Assembly (NCBI GenBank): GCA_039714675.1
Contig: JBDLIV010000001.1
Coordinates: forward strand, 2,747 to 66,746
Source: Thermodesulfobacteriota bacterium
GTDB taxonomy: Bacteria; Desulfobacterota; Desulfobacteria; Desulfobacterales; Desulfobacteraceae
Reading direction: 5' to 3'
Length of the DNA stretch: 64,000 bases
The translations under genes were made by a program, and so were the position numbers. Shown one piece after another: positions 1 through 10,026 of this stretch (position 1 is the first letter of the stretch; the number at the start of each line of letters is the position of its first letter). The notes below the pieces were generated by a model. It was not told where the DNA came from. It ran no database searches and saw only the letters and a program-made list of their open reading frames with translations.

Positions 1-2
1 GG

Positions 3-584
3 GGATTGCTTCCAAAACCTCTTAAAACCAGTGCCAATATGGCATATTACGATTCTGAATGTATTGAAAGAATCGGTTTTATAAAACAATTGCAGTCCTC
101 TCATCGCCTGGGGCTGGCTCAAATCAAAACGGTTCTTCACCAACGGGACAAAGGCCGGGAAATAACACCTTCAATCGAAATGGCAAAACTTGTATTTGGT
201 CAGAGCAATTCAAATGACCTGGACAAACCATCATTTTGCCAGGCTACCGGTCTTACTATGAGTCAGGTGGACAAATTCCTCGCCCACAAGGTACTGATTC
301 CCAGAAAAAAAGATAAGTTTGACTCAGAAGATGTGGTTTTCGGCAAGATGCTTTTTAAAACCATTGAGCTTGGAATAAAGCCCGGGGATACAGCATTTTA
401 TCGACATTTTGCAGAAAAAATTGTAAACGAGGAGATGGCAATTCACAAATGTCTGATCCAGGATCAATCTCATAAAGAGACTATGTCCCTTACTTTGGAA
501 TTAACCCGGATTGCCCGTGCTTTCAGAGCTTACGTCATCGACAGAGTTTTTCAGGAGCGCGCATATCAGCAGGATATTAATTAA
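3..584 (+). CDS. MerR-family transcriptional regulator (5' end outside the window)
   Basis: Frame is open from the window edge (G-L-L-P-K-P). 'GLLPKP..TSANMAYY....IERIGFIKQLQ...LGLAQIK' matches the MerR wing and following helix. Confidence 0.75.
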   Translation, partial: GLLPKPLKTSANMAYYDSECIERIGFIKQLQSSHRLGLAQIKTVLHQRDKGREITPSIEMAKLVFGQSNSNDLDKPSFCQATGLTMSQVDKFLAHKVLIPRKKDKFDSEDVVFGKMLFKTIELGIKPGDTAFYRHFAEKIVNEEMAIHKCLIQDQSHKETMSLTLELTRIARAFRAYVIDRVFQERAYQQDIN

Positions 585-617
585 TATTTATAAAGAATAT
601 GAGAAAGATATTTAATC

Positions 618-1688
618 ATGGAAAATGTTTATAAAAAACTTGCAATCCACCTTAATAATACTCCCAGTGGTTTTCCTGAAACAGACTCAGGAGTTGAGCT
701 TAAACTCCTGAGTCTGCTTTTTACACCGCAGGAGGCTGATCTTGCCTTATACCTTGTTGAAAGGCCTGAATCTGTGGAAGCAATTGCAAAAAGAGCAAAT
801 AAGAATCTAGACGAAATTGAGCCCGCGCTCATTGAAATGGGCCAAAAAGGCCTGCTTCTTCATATTAAAAAAAAGGAGGCAAATGCTTTTATGCTCCTTC
901 AGTTTGTTGTGGGAATATGGGAACATCAGGTTAACAGGCTTACAAAAGAATTGATCGAGACTTTTAATGAATATGCTCCTTTCCTGATTAAAAACCAGTA
1001 TAGGAATAAAACCCAGCAATTCAGGGTGATACCCGTTGGGAAAGCGGTAAATACCGAACTGAATATAATGGATTACGAGCAGGTTGAAAAAATCATCAGA
1101 TCCCAGTCAAAAATACTTGTGGCTCCCTGTATTTGCAGAAAAGAACATGAAATCATGGGCAAAGGGTGCGGCAGATTAATGGAAGCCTGCCTGATCTTCG
1201 GATCAGGTGCCTATATTTATGAAAACCGCGGAGTCGGCAGGGAGATATCCCATGAAGAGGCTCTTGATATTGTTAAAGAAGCAGAGAAACAGGGGCTTGT
1301 ACCCCAGCCTTCCAATGCGAAAAAACCTGTGAATATCTGCCTCTGCTGTGACTGCTGCTGTCAGATTTTAAAAAATATAAAAGATTTTAAAACTCCTGCC
1401 AGGATTGTTCATTCCAATTTTCAGGCATTTATTGACCAGGATGAATGCACAGGATGTGGGGCCTGTGAAGAAATATGTCCAATGGATGCTATTGAAATGA
1501 ATGAAGAAGATAGTGTTGCAAAGGTTGATCTTGACAGATGCATAGGGTGCGGGCTTTGTGTAACAGCGTGTGCATTTGATGCCATTGTCCTTGCAGACAA
1601 GAAAGAAACCGAAAAAATAGAACCCCCGGCAAAACTTATTGAAACTTTTGAGAAAATAACCCGGGAAAAAGGGCTTGATTCTGCATAA
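618..1688 (+). CDS. Cys-rich 4Fe-4S dicluster-domain protein
   Basis: C-terminal CTGCGACEEICP and CIGCGLCVTAC ferredoxin motifs, plus central CICR and NICLCCDCCC motifs. Confidence 0.85.
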   Translation: MENVYKKLAIHLNNTPSGFPETDSGVELKLLSLLFTPQEADLALYLVERPESVEAIAKRANKNLDEIEPALIEMGQKGLLLHIKKKEANAFMLLQFVVGIWEHQVNRLTKELIETFNEYAPFLIKNQYRNKTQQFRVIPVGKAVNTELNIMDYEQVEKIIRSQSKILVAPCICRKEHEIMGKGCGRLMEACLIFGSGAYIYENRGVGREISHEEALDIVKEAEKQGLVPQPSNAKKPVNICLCCDCCCQILKNIKDFKTPARIVHSNFQAFIDQDECTGCGACEEICPMDAIEMNEEDSVAKVDLDRCIGCGLCVTACAFDAIVLADKKETEKIEPPAKLIETFEKITREKGLDSA

Positions 1689-1723
1689 GCAAAATTACTT
1701 AAAAAACAAAAAAGAGGTGAAAT

Positions 1724-3610
1724 ATGTCAAGGAAAGAATTAATTTCAGGATTGGAAGATATAAAAGCTTTGGAAACAAAACCATGGGAAGAGATAAGCCC
1801 GGCAAACAGCACTTATGAGCTTTTAGCTTCAGCTGCTCAGAAATGGCCGGACAATATAGCAATTAATTTTCTACCAACCGGCTCTCCAGATGAAGATTCC
1901 ATCGAAATCACCTACAGGCAAATGTTTGGCCGCATCAACCAGACAGCTAATATGTTCAATGATTTTGGCGTTGGCCATACAGACACTGTGTCTTTTCTAT
2001 TACCCCTTTTACCGCAGGCTCATTTTACTTTGTGGGGGGCAGAGGCTGCAGGTATTGTTAACCCTATAAATTTTTTGTTCAATGCGTCCCAGATTGCAGG
2101 GCTTTTAAATGCTGCCAAAACAAAGGTACTGGTGGCTCTGGGTCCCCATCCAATGCTGGACATCTGGCAAAAGGTTGAAAGCATAATGGATCAGGTACCG
2201 ACCTTGGAAGCTATATTTGTTGTCGGCGGTCCGGGGGACGAAAAAAAGGGGATTTATTCATTTGATGAAACTGTTGCTAAATATCCTGGAGACAAATTAA
2301 CCAGCAAACGCGTATTTTCTCCGGATGACATTGCCTCATATTTTCATACAGGAGGCACAACAGGTGCTCCAAAGCTTGCCATGCGTTCCCACCAGAATGA
2401 GGTATTTGTCAGCTGGGTACTGGGACAGATGTGGGATTTTGAACAAGGAGATGCTCTTGTTGCAGGTCTGCCGTTATTTCATGTTGCAGGAGCTTTTGCC
2501 TGCGGCCTGATTCCTTTGTATAAAGGTACACAAATTGTCATACCATCACCGGCAGGAGTTAGAAATCCGGCAGTTATTGAAAACATGTGGCAACTGGTGG
2601 AAAAATACAACATCACTCATACCGGCGGAATCCCCACCAATTTTGTCCCTTTAAACAAAGTTCCGGTTGGCGGGTGTGATATCAGCTGTCTGAAATATGG
2701 GGTAACCGGTGGTGCTGCCCTTCCGGTTCAAGTGGAAAAAGAGTTTTGCCAGAGATTAAATCGAAATTTACTTAAAGTATACGGGGCTACTGAAGCCACG
2801 CTGCTGTTAGCGGTCAGTCCGGCGGGCGGTGAACAAAAATATGGCTCAACGGGCATCCGGGCACCTTACACCCAGCTGAAAACAGTCCGTATTGAGACTG
2901 TCGATACAACCGTAGCAGAATGTCAGCCAAACGAAATAGGCATCGTAATGCTCAAGGGCCCTAATGTTTTTAAAGGCTATCTGGATTCATCCAGGAATAA
3001 AGGTGTTCTGACCGAAGAGGGCTGGCTTAATACAGGAGATCTCGGGTATTTTGATGAGGATGGTTATCTTTTTATAACCGGACGTCATAAAGATTTGATT
3101 ATTCGCAGTGGGCACAATATTGATCCGAGTATTATTGAGGAAGTTGCAGTTCAACATCCGGCAGTAGAAATGGCAGCAGCAGTTGGACGGCCTGATGATT
3201 ATGCCGGTGAACTACCGGTGCTTTATGTCCAGATGCAGTCAGATTCCGGGACCAGTATTGAACAGTTGCAAGATTACCTGGCCGAACATATTGCTGAGCG
3301 GCCTGCAGTGCCAAAGGAAATTATTGTTCTTGATAATCTTCCCATGACCGCAGTTGGGAAAATTTTCAAGCCTGAATTACGATGGGATATTGCCCAGAAA
3401 CAATTTGCCAGGGACCTGGCTTTTTTAAATGAAAAAGGCCTTGATGTCCTGGTTAATGTCAGTGAAAGTAAATCAAAGGGTTTGCTTTGCAAAGTCAGCC
3501 TTGAGGAAACTGTAGAAAAAAATAAATTAAATCAATCACAAATAAAAGAGGAAATTGCAGCTATAATAGGCAGATATCAATTTGTAGAACTGGAAATTGC
3601 CTGGCTGTAA
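1724..3610 (+). CDS. AMP-dependent acyl-CoA synthetase
   Basis: FHTGGTTGAPK, YGATE, TGDLG, GRHKDLI and TAVGKI adenylation motifs; RBS GAGGTG. Confidence 0.92.
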   Translation: MSRKELISGLEDIKALETKPWEEISPANSTYELLASAAQKWPDNIAINFLPTGSPDEDSIEITYRQMFGRINQTANMFNDFGVGHTDTVSFLLPLLPQAHFTLWGAEAAGIVNPINFLFNASQIAGLLNAAKTKVLVALGPHPMLDIWQKVESIMDQVPTLEAIFVVGGPGDEKKGIYSFDETVAKYPGDKLTSKRVFSPDDIASYFHTGGTTGAPKLAMRSHQNEVFVSWVLGQMWDFEQGDALVAGLPLFHVAGAFACGLIPLYKGTQIVIPSPAGVRNPAVIENMWQLVEKYNITHTGGIPTNFVPLNKVPVGGCDISCLKYGVTGGAALPVQVEKEFCQRLNRNLLKVYGATEATLLLAVSPAGGEQKYGSTGIRAPYTQLKTVRIETVDTTVAECQPNEIGIVMLKGPNVFKGYLDSSRNKGVLTEEGWLNTGDLGYFDEDGYLFITGRHKDLIIRSGHNIDPSIIEEVAVQHPAVEMAAAVGRPDDYAGELPVLYVQMQSDSGTSIEQLQDYLAEHIAERPAVPKEIIVLDNLPMTAVGKIFKPELRWDIAQKQFARDLAFLNEKGLDVLVNVSESKSKGLLCKVSLEETVEKNKLNQSQIKEEIAAIIGRYQFVELEIAWL

Positions 3611-3661
3611 AGATATGCGCCCATTGGCGCAACGAAGAATACGGCTTAAAAGACAAGCCAT

Positions 3662-4846
3662 ATGGGAGATTTTATTTTGACCATGAGCCTAAAGATTATG
3701 TTAGCATTTTTGTGTAGTAACTATTCAGGGCTCATCATAGCCATGGCTGTTAATGCAGCAGGTGTGATCCTCTATGCAGCAGCAAACAATACAGAGAATA
3801 AAGCCTGGGCACTGGCTGCTCAGTCAGGTGGCATATGTCTAATGATTCTTGGCTTGATTCTCAGTGTGGGTGCGATTTATCATCTTTACAAATTATACCG
3901 GGCACGCTCTCTCTATCCTCCTCCGGGACGAATGATAGATGTTGGAGGCTATCGAATGCACATCATTGCAGAAGGTGATGCAAAAGATAGCCCGGCAGTT
4001 GTCTGGGTTTCCGGTAGGCATGAACAGGGGTTTGTCCTTAACCATTTGCACAAAATAATGGCAAAGGAAACCCGCTCTATTTTATTTGACCGCCCGGGAA
4101 GTGGATGGAGCGACACAGGTTCTTTTCCCCGTACAGTTGAACAAGAAGCTGTTGAGCTCCACTTTTTGCTTCAACGTGCAGGTGAAACCGGACCCTATAT
4201 TCTGGTACCCTGGTCCTTTGGAGGACCATTGTCCGTTACATTTGCCGATATGTTTCCTGATGACACTGCCGGGTTGGTATTACTGGACATAACATCTGCT
4301 GCATACCCTGTCTTTGACCGTGACTTGGGCATTCGCTCAATGTGCAGAAAAGAGACTTTACTGGCCTGGCTTTCGCGTTTTGGTATTATGTGGAACTGGT
4401 TTTTATTCATTCCCAAAAAAGAGCAGGAAAAATACAAAAAACTTTATCATGCCATTGCCGATGTTCAAGACGCTATGTTTGCAAAGGAAGCAGAACCCCG
4501 GTACTATTACACGACACGTTCCGCACTTTATAATGCAGCAATCCGCCCGGCAGGAACTGCACAGGGACACGGAGTATTAGGAAATTTACCGCTTTTTGTT
4601 ATTATTCCCCATCAATCTGACAAAGAAATATTGAGAGTGGCCAAAAAAATTTATAAAACTGAATATGAACAAAAAAATTTTATCCGTTTTGCAAACAAGG
4701 ACAGATCCGATCTTATGGAACTTTCTACAAAAGGTGAAATACATATCGCTCCCAAGGGAAGCACTCATAGCTTCCCTTTTGAGGAACCCCAATATGTTTT
4801 AAACCAGGTTCGTGAGATGATTACCTTGATTAGATCAAATTCTTAA
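3662..4846 (+). CDS. Membrane-anchored alpha/beta hydrolase
   Basis: N-terminal hydrophobic helices, PPPGRMIDVGG, FDRPGSGWSD, nucleophile elbow PWSFGG, C-terminal His (STHSF). Confidence 0.8.
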   Translation: MGDFILTMSLKIMLAFLCSNYSGLIIAMAVNAAGVILYAAANNTENKAWALAAQSGGICLMILGLILSVGAIYHLYKLYRARSLYPPPGRMIDVGGYRMHIIAEGDAKDSPAVVWVSGRHEQGFVLNHLHKIMAKETRSILFDRPGSGWSDTGSFPRTVEQEAVELHFLLQRAGETGPYILVPWSFGGPLSVTFADMFPDDTAGLVLLDITSAAYPVFDRDLGIRSMCRKETLLAWLSRFGIMWNWFLFIPKKEQEKYKKLYHAIADVQDAMFAKEAEPRYYYTTRSALYNAAIRPAGTAQGHGVLGNLPLFVIIPHQSDKEILRVAKKIYKTEYEQKNFIRFANKDRSDLMELSTKGEIHIAPKGSTHSFPFEEPQYVLNQVREMITLIRSNS

Positions 4847-5639
4847 CCTGTTTAACATGAGATAAAATGGCATTTTTGAGCTCGTTTTTAATTGACAGAA
4901 CCACATCAGGATAAACCTCACCTTTTTTTTCATCCATATACACCTTGGATATTTCAGTGGGAAGAACAAGAATTCTTTGATCCATATAGCAAATACGTCT
5001 GCAAAATTCTGCCTTGCCGTCAAACACCTCATTTTCAGCCACCCTGGTCTCTATTCCCGGTAAGGACATGTTTCCAAGCTCTTCAAGCCACAAGTAAATA
5101 GCCTTTTCCCATTTGATTGTGTCCAGGAGTTCTGTTCCAAGATTAAAAACAGGAGGGGATTCGATTCCATTGGCCTGTTGGCGTGAAATATTATAGGAAT
5201 GAATTTCATATACAATACAGAAACCAAAACGGTCCAGTATGGAAGAGATGCTGTTTTCAACAAATTTGTAAAATGATTCATAGTTTTCCAAACTTTTTTG
5301 ATTCATTTCAGGGGTTGGTTGGTTCTTATACACCCGTGTTCCCCAGAATTTTTCCGGTGTAAGAGGCAGTGCCATGTCCGGGGTACGGTTAAGATCATAA
5401 ACCGATCTGGATTCAAGAGCCCAGACTGCATTGTTAAGATCCTTGATCATTAAATCAGTCGCAGCATCTTCTTCAAATTTTCGCTGATTGGAATCAAGAG
5501 CCATGTAAGGAAGCAGTTCATCCCTGACTTGATGCCCGGAATGGAGGGCAACTGCAATAAATGGAAGGGAATAATCAAGATGATAGGCAAATTCTCCTGA
5601 AGGACCAATTCCTGCTGTTTTATCCATTTTAAGCATCAC
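4830..5639 (-). CDS. N-formylglutamate amidohydrolase-family Zn hydrolase
   Basis: ALHSGH, EEDAATD, SRSVYDLNR and EIHSYN motifs. The true start may be a few codons downstream. Confidence 0.8.
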   Translation of the reverse strand: MMLKMDKTAGIGPSGEFAYHLDYSLPFIAVALHSGHQVRDELLPYMALDSNQRKFEEDAATDLMIKDLNNAVWALESRSVYDLNRTPDMALPLTPEKFWGTRVYKNQPTPEMNQKSLENYESFYKFVENSISSILDRFGFCIVYEIHSYNISRQQANGIESPPVFNLGTELLDTIKWEKAIYLWLEELGNMSLPGIETRVAENEVFDGKAEFCRRICYMDQRILVLPTEISKVYMDEKKGEVYPDVVLSIKNELKNAILSHVKQVKNLI

Positions 5640-5648
5640 TCCTGTAAA

Positions 5649-6650
5649 TTATAAATTATAACGTGCCAGGGCAGAGGATACAATATGATCGATAAATTTT
5701 TGATAATTTTTCATGGAATCATTCAGGCCTGTGCCGTCATCGAGAGAACAATTCAAGGAATATAGTTGGGGGCTCCAGCTTTTCACAGGATCTAATCCTG
5801 GGATCCCGTTCACTTCCATGATTTTGGGGTTGCCTTCGGCATCAAGCTTTATATCAGCTCTGACATGATCCAGACAGTTTAATGCTTCCATGGCCTGGCT
5901 GCAAAGTTTAACAAGTTCTTCTTTTTTATTGAATGCAGGTTTTATCTCTGTCATGCCATACCCCCTTAAATCACTTCTCAAAATTGGATATTTACCAAAT
6001 TTTGAAGGATCAACCACAACCTTACCCGGTAAAAACACCTGATGCTCACCATTACCCAGCATTAAAACAGTATATTCCTCTCCTGGAAGATATTCTTCTA
6101 CCAGGGCAGGTTGTTCAAAATTATTTTCAATATATTTTATTCTTTTTTCCAGTTCTTCGGGTGAATAGACCACACTGTCATCATCAATGCCCATTGATCT
6201 TGATTCATAGCTGGGTTTTACAAAAGCAGGATAAACAATGTCTGGAATCACATCCGTTGATGTAAGCTGATAGTGGTATGGAACTGAAATCTTTTTATCG
6301 TTCAGTATCGTGTGAGTGCTGGTTTTATGGATTAATTCTTTCATGGTTTTTGCATCAGGCCCGATATAAGGGATGCCCTTATCGTCAAAAACATCTGCAA
6401 GCCATTTTTCATTATCATCAGCCATACCAATGGTTTCAGATTTGCCGGAAATATGATAGAGAGCGCTCCAGGCAATATCAAAGGTATTTTCTTCAAGGCA
6501 TGAATAAAATTCATACATATTATTAACAAAGACAATTTTTGCACTTTTCCCGGAAGCATCAATTGCTTCTTTAATACTTTGGGTGACTTTCATGCCCCCC
6601 CATCCCTGGGCATCACCTGCAGGGCCTGTAATAATCAATATTTTTTTCAT
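5649..6650 (-). CDS. D-Ala-D-Ala ligase-like ATP-grasp amidoligase (not a canonical Ddl)
   Basis: FVKP..E.RSMGI, LVEEYLPGEEYTV and RADIKLD...MEVNGIPGL. Lacks the GGxSxEHEVS N-terminal motif of housekeeping Ddl. Confidence 0.85.
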   Translation of the reverse strand: MKKILIITGPAGDAQGWGGMKVTQSIKEAIDASGKSAKIVFVNNMYEFYSCLEENTFDIAWSALYHISGKSETIGMADDNEKWLADVFDDKGIPYIGPDAKTMKELIHKTSTHTILNDKKISVPYHYQLTSTDVIPDIVYPAFVKPSYESRSMGIDDDSVVYSPEELEKRIKYIENNFEQPALVEEYLPGEEYTVLMLGNGEHQVFLPGKVVVDPSKFGKYPILRSDLRGYGMTEIKPAFNKKEELVKLCSQAMEALNCLDHVRADIKLDAEGNPKIMEVNGIPGLDPVKSWSPQLYSLNCSLDDGTGLNDSMKNYQKFIDHIVSSALARYNL

Positions 6651-6673
6651 TTGATTTCCAATCTTAAAATATA

Positions 6674-7609
6674 TTATGCGATGAATTGTTTTTTAGCTTT
6701 GAACAGATCAATATTTCTTTCATAGCCGGCAAGTGCTTTAGCTGTTTCAGGAGAAATATTTTTCATCAACCTGACATAGGCATTAATAGTTTCAGTCTCC
6801 CAAAAGACTTTGGAAACAACGTGCATATTAATGTCACAGGAAAAAGTGTTTTTTATGTCATGGCCTTGCACTGCATGTTCTGCCATTCTCTCGTTTGGAT
6901 TGAGAATAATGATATCCCCGTTTACATATCTGGATAATGATTTGTGAAAAAGATCCTTGCAATATCCAAAATGGGTGCAGCAAAGTGCTGCATATACCTT
7001 TCCCACAGGTTTATTCATTTTTGAAACAGCTTTTTTTACATTGGCTTCAATGATTTTCGGCAGACTGGTGCTAAAGGGGTTTCCTTCAATTTCCCCGGGA
7101 AGATATCCACATCCCTGATTGATAATACGGGCAGGATCAACACCCATTTTCACAAGCTGTTTTTGATGGGATTTTTCAGAAATGGTTGTGTCAGTGCCGA
7201 AAATGATAACAGAGCTGTCCGGATCTTTCACAAGATTCTCATGGATTAATAGGACACCGTGATCCACAATTCCTGCAACCCTGGCTTTGGGGCTTTGACT
7301 ATAGGAAGTAAAAGGATAAATTACGGACAGTGTATTGCAGGCAATAAGAATCATATCAGGCTGATACTCATCCATAGCGTTCAATGCATTATTAAAAACT
7401 TCCGCCCTTTGATCCATGCTCTTAAAAAAATTGTACCCCCCGTCTTGTTCAGGCCAGGAGTTAAAATAAACCATAGATACCTCCTGCCATGGTGATTTTT
7501 TTTTAAGATGATTTGCAATCTGTGCAAATACTGACAAGCCGCCCAGCCCTGAATCAGTTACCAGGATGGTTTTACCGGCATTGCCAGTTTTTATGTTTAT
7601 AGGATTCAT
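6674..7609 (-). CDS. Glutamate/aspartate racemase-family protein (divergent MurI-like)
   Basis: DSGLGGLSV, IACNT and LCCTHF; both catalytic Cys motifs are present. Confidence 0.85.
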   Translation of the reverse strand: MNPINIKTGNAGKTILVTDSGLGGLSVFAQIANHLKKKSPWQEVSMVYFNSWPEQDGGYNFFKSMDQRAEVFNNALNAMDEYQPDMILIACNTLSVIYPFTSYSQSPKARVAGIVDHGVLLIHENLVKDPDSSVIIFGTDTTISEKSHQKQLVKMGVDPARIINQGCGYLPGEIEGNPFSTSLPKIIEANVKKAVSKMNKPVGKVYAALCCTHFGYCKDLFHKSLSRYVNGDIIILNPNERMAEHAVQGHDIKNTFSCDINMHVVSKVFWETETINAYVRLMKNISPETAKALAGYERNIDLFKAKKQFIA

Positions 7610-7628
7610 GCAAATTTACCTTTATATT

Positions 7629-8873
7629 TTATAGCCAATCAGCCTTGGAAGTCATCCATTCTTCAAAGAATGGTCCCGGCCACTGGGGTGAAGATTCAAG
7701 TTTTCCTTCAACAATATGAGTCATAAAATCTTTCCAATGATTATAATGTTGAAGTGTGGTCAGGCGGTTACGAAACATTGCAGCCCCTTTTTCAGGCTCG
7801 GTTTTCATCATTTCCGTAATCATTGATATTTCATTGAAAAAACCATTAACTCCATAGTAATGAAGAAACCCATGCCATGCTTCATTAAGGTTTTTTTCTT
7901 TCTTTAAAGGCAGTGAAATCTCCTTGAATTTTTCCCGGAAAAGTTGCAGTTCCGAGTCTTTTACAAGTGAAATCCCTCGGTCATTGATCTTGTACGGAAC
8001 AAGCTCCATGGCCGAAAGCGAGTCTTTATTGAATTCAAGGTTTACAAGGTAACCCAGTTTCCGGTATTTGAGATCGGTCTCCTGGGAAAAGACAAAATTC
8101 CCCAGGCTGTAACATATGGGGGTGTTATTATAAAATTGAATGCCCTGGGGAACATGGGGATGATGTCCGATAACAACATCTGCACCAGCCTCGGCCATCT
8201 GCTTAAAGGCGCTGGCAACATAAGGCGGTGGAAAAGGAATATATTCAATTCCGCAATGGGAAATAACAATTATAAAATCAACTTTTGGCCTGAGTTCCTT
8301 AATTGTATCTTCAACCATGGACAGCTCCCACCCCATGACACCCGGGCCTTCCCCGGCAGCAGTGAGGTCTTCTCCTTCGCTGAAATTTACAATTGCAATT
8401 TTAATATTGTTAACATCTATTAACAGAGGAGCTTTTGCCTCTTCCAGGGACAATCCCGCACCGGTCCATTGAATATTATTTTGGTTTAAACCATCCACTG
8501 TATCCTTAAAGGCATCAAGCCCGTAATCAAATACATGATTGTTTGCCATGGTGACAGCACTGAATGGAACAGCGTTCAGTGTTTTTTGATGGCATGATTC
8601 TCCTTTGAATACAGCACCGCTTTTATAAACCGGATCGCCCCTGTCGCTCAAAGGAGCTTCGAGATTAGTAATGGACAGGTCTGCCTTTCTCAAAATCGGC
8701 AGAACATCGCCATATACAGATTCATGGTGGGTTGCCATGAACTCTTTTAAGCCGAAGACAGGTGCCCAGTCACCAGCAATGCATACTTTAGCTGTCTCCT
8801 GGTTGGAATGTGAGGATGCCGGATCTGCTTTCCATGATCCTTTTTCCCAGTCAAATGATGATATTGTCGGCAT
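7629..8873 (-). CDS. CapA/PgsA-family metallophosphoesterase-fold protein, no apparent membrane anchor
   Basis: AGD, NLEAP, ANNHVFDYG, SHCGxE, GHHPHV and YSLGNF motifs. Confidence 0.88.
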   Translation of the reverse strand: MPTISSFDWEKGSWKADPASSHSNQETAKVCIAGDWAPVFGLKEFMATHHESVYGDVLPILRKADLSITNLEAPLSDRGDPVYKSGAVFKGESCHQKTLNAVPFSAVTMANNHVFDYGLDAFKDTVDGLNQNNIQWTGAGLSLEEAKAPLLIDVNNIKIAIVNFSEGEDLTAAGEGPGVMGWELSMVEDTIKELRPKVDFIIVISHCGIEYIPFPPPYVASAFKQMAEAGADVVIGHHPHVPQGIQFYNNTPICYSLGNFVFSQETDLKYRKLGYLVNLEFNKDSLSAMELVPYKINDRGISLVKDSELQLFREKFKEISLPLKKEKNLNEAWHGFLHYYGVNGFFNEISMITEMMKTEPEKGAAMFRNRLTTLQHYNHWKDFMTHIVEGKLESSPQWPGPFFEEWMTSKADWL

Positions 8874-8902
8874 ATTAAACCTTCCTTAAAATCTGTTTAT
8901 TC

Positions 8903-9994
8903 TTATAATGTCACTATAGTTTGTGTTTCCATGCTTTTATAAATTGCCTCGATTACTTCAAGGGACTTTAATCCTTCTTCCGCTGGAACTGACAACAGAG
9001 TATCGTTTCGAACACTTTTTATAAAGGACTCCAATTGCATGCCAAAATTGCCGGGCATAGGTCGATTTTGCAGGGCAATCGGGTGAGAGCCGTCTTTGTC
9101 AAAATGGAAGAGGTGGTTGGCATAATGGTAAATTCTAAGAGCCCCGCTACTGCCATGGACACGGATACTGCCCGGATGGGATTCCCATCCTCCGCCCATA
9201 ACAAGAGTGCCGTCCGGTTCCCATGAGCCTCCCCATTTGTAGATGCCTTCGGATTCCAGATCAGATGAGAAGGTGATCTCGTTATAGATTAGATGAGCTG
9301 TAGTGCCATTGTCAAAATTCAAGGTGGCATGTTCCGTGCCAGGCGTTCTGCAGGAAATATTCCCCTTTCCATAAACAGAAACCACTTCTGATTGTAAAAA
9401 CCAGCGAAACAGATCTATGAGATGAACGCCGTGATCCACCATTCCCATATCGCTTCCGCCGAAACTGCCCGGATAATAGTGATGCTCGCCCAGGTCTGTA
9501 TAGTTTTCACGTCCCTGTACGCCCATGGACCACTCCGTCATCATGGAAATATCGCCCAGCAGGTTTTCTTCTATCATTTTTTTGGCCTTTATGCAGGCCG
9601 GCAGAAAACGATAGGAAGCCCCGTACATCAGCGGAATGTTTTGCTTCCTGCATGTCTCGATCATGGCTTTTCCATCTTCCAGAGAACCTGCCAAAGGTTT
9701 TTCCACCAGGACTGGTTTGCCGTATCCGGCCACTGCTTCCACCACCTCACGGTGATACCGGCAGGGTACGCATACCACTACAGCGTCGATGGCTTCTTTC
9801 TTGAGCATATCATGATAATCTGTGTATCCGGTAAAGCCCCATTGGTTAGCCATCTTCTCGGCCCGTGCCTTGTCAATGTCCGCGCCCGCTACAATCCTGG
9901 CAGTCTCGACTGATTGGTAGGCGGCCAGGTGCACCCTGGAAACATCGCCAAGTCCTATCAATCCGACATTGACAGGTCCATCTTTTTTAGTCAT
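8903..9994 (-). CDS. Gfo/Idh/MocA-family NAD(P)-dependent oxidoreductase
   Basis: GLIGLG Rossmann motif, VEKP, DHGVHLID. Confidence 0.9.
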   Translation of the reverse strand: MTKKDGPVNVGLIGLGDVSRVHLAAYQSVETARIVAGADIDKARAEKMANQWGFTGYTDYHDMLKKEAIDAVVVCVPCRYHREVVEAVAGYGKPVLVEKPLAGSLEDGKAMIETCRKQNIPLMYGASYRFLPACIKAKKMIEENLLGDISMMTEWSMGVQGRENYTDLGEHHYYPGSFGGSDMGMVDHGVHLIDLFRWFLQSEVVSVYGKGNISCRTPGTEHATLNFDNGTTAHLIYNEITFSSDLESEGIYKWGGSWEPDGTLVMGGGWESHPGSIRVHGSSGALRIYHYANHLFHFDKDGSHPIALQNRPMPGNFGMQLESFIKSVRNDTLLSVPAEEGLKSLEVIEAIYKSMETQTIVTL

Positions 9995-10026
9995 TGTTTT
10001 CTTTCTCCCAAAACCAGGGAATTCAG

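Noticed and set aside
7629-8873. Poly-gamma-glutamate capsule locus
   Set aside because: No capB, capC or capD in the window, and the CapA-like protein lacks a membrane anchor.
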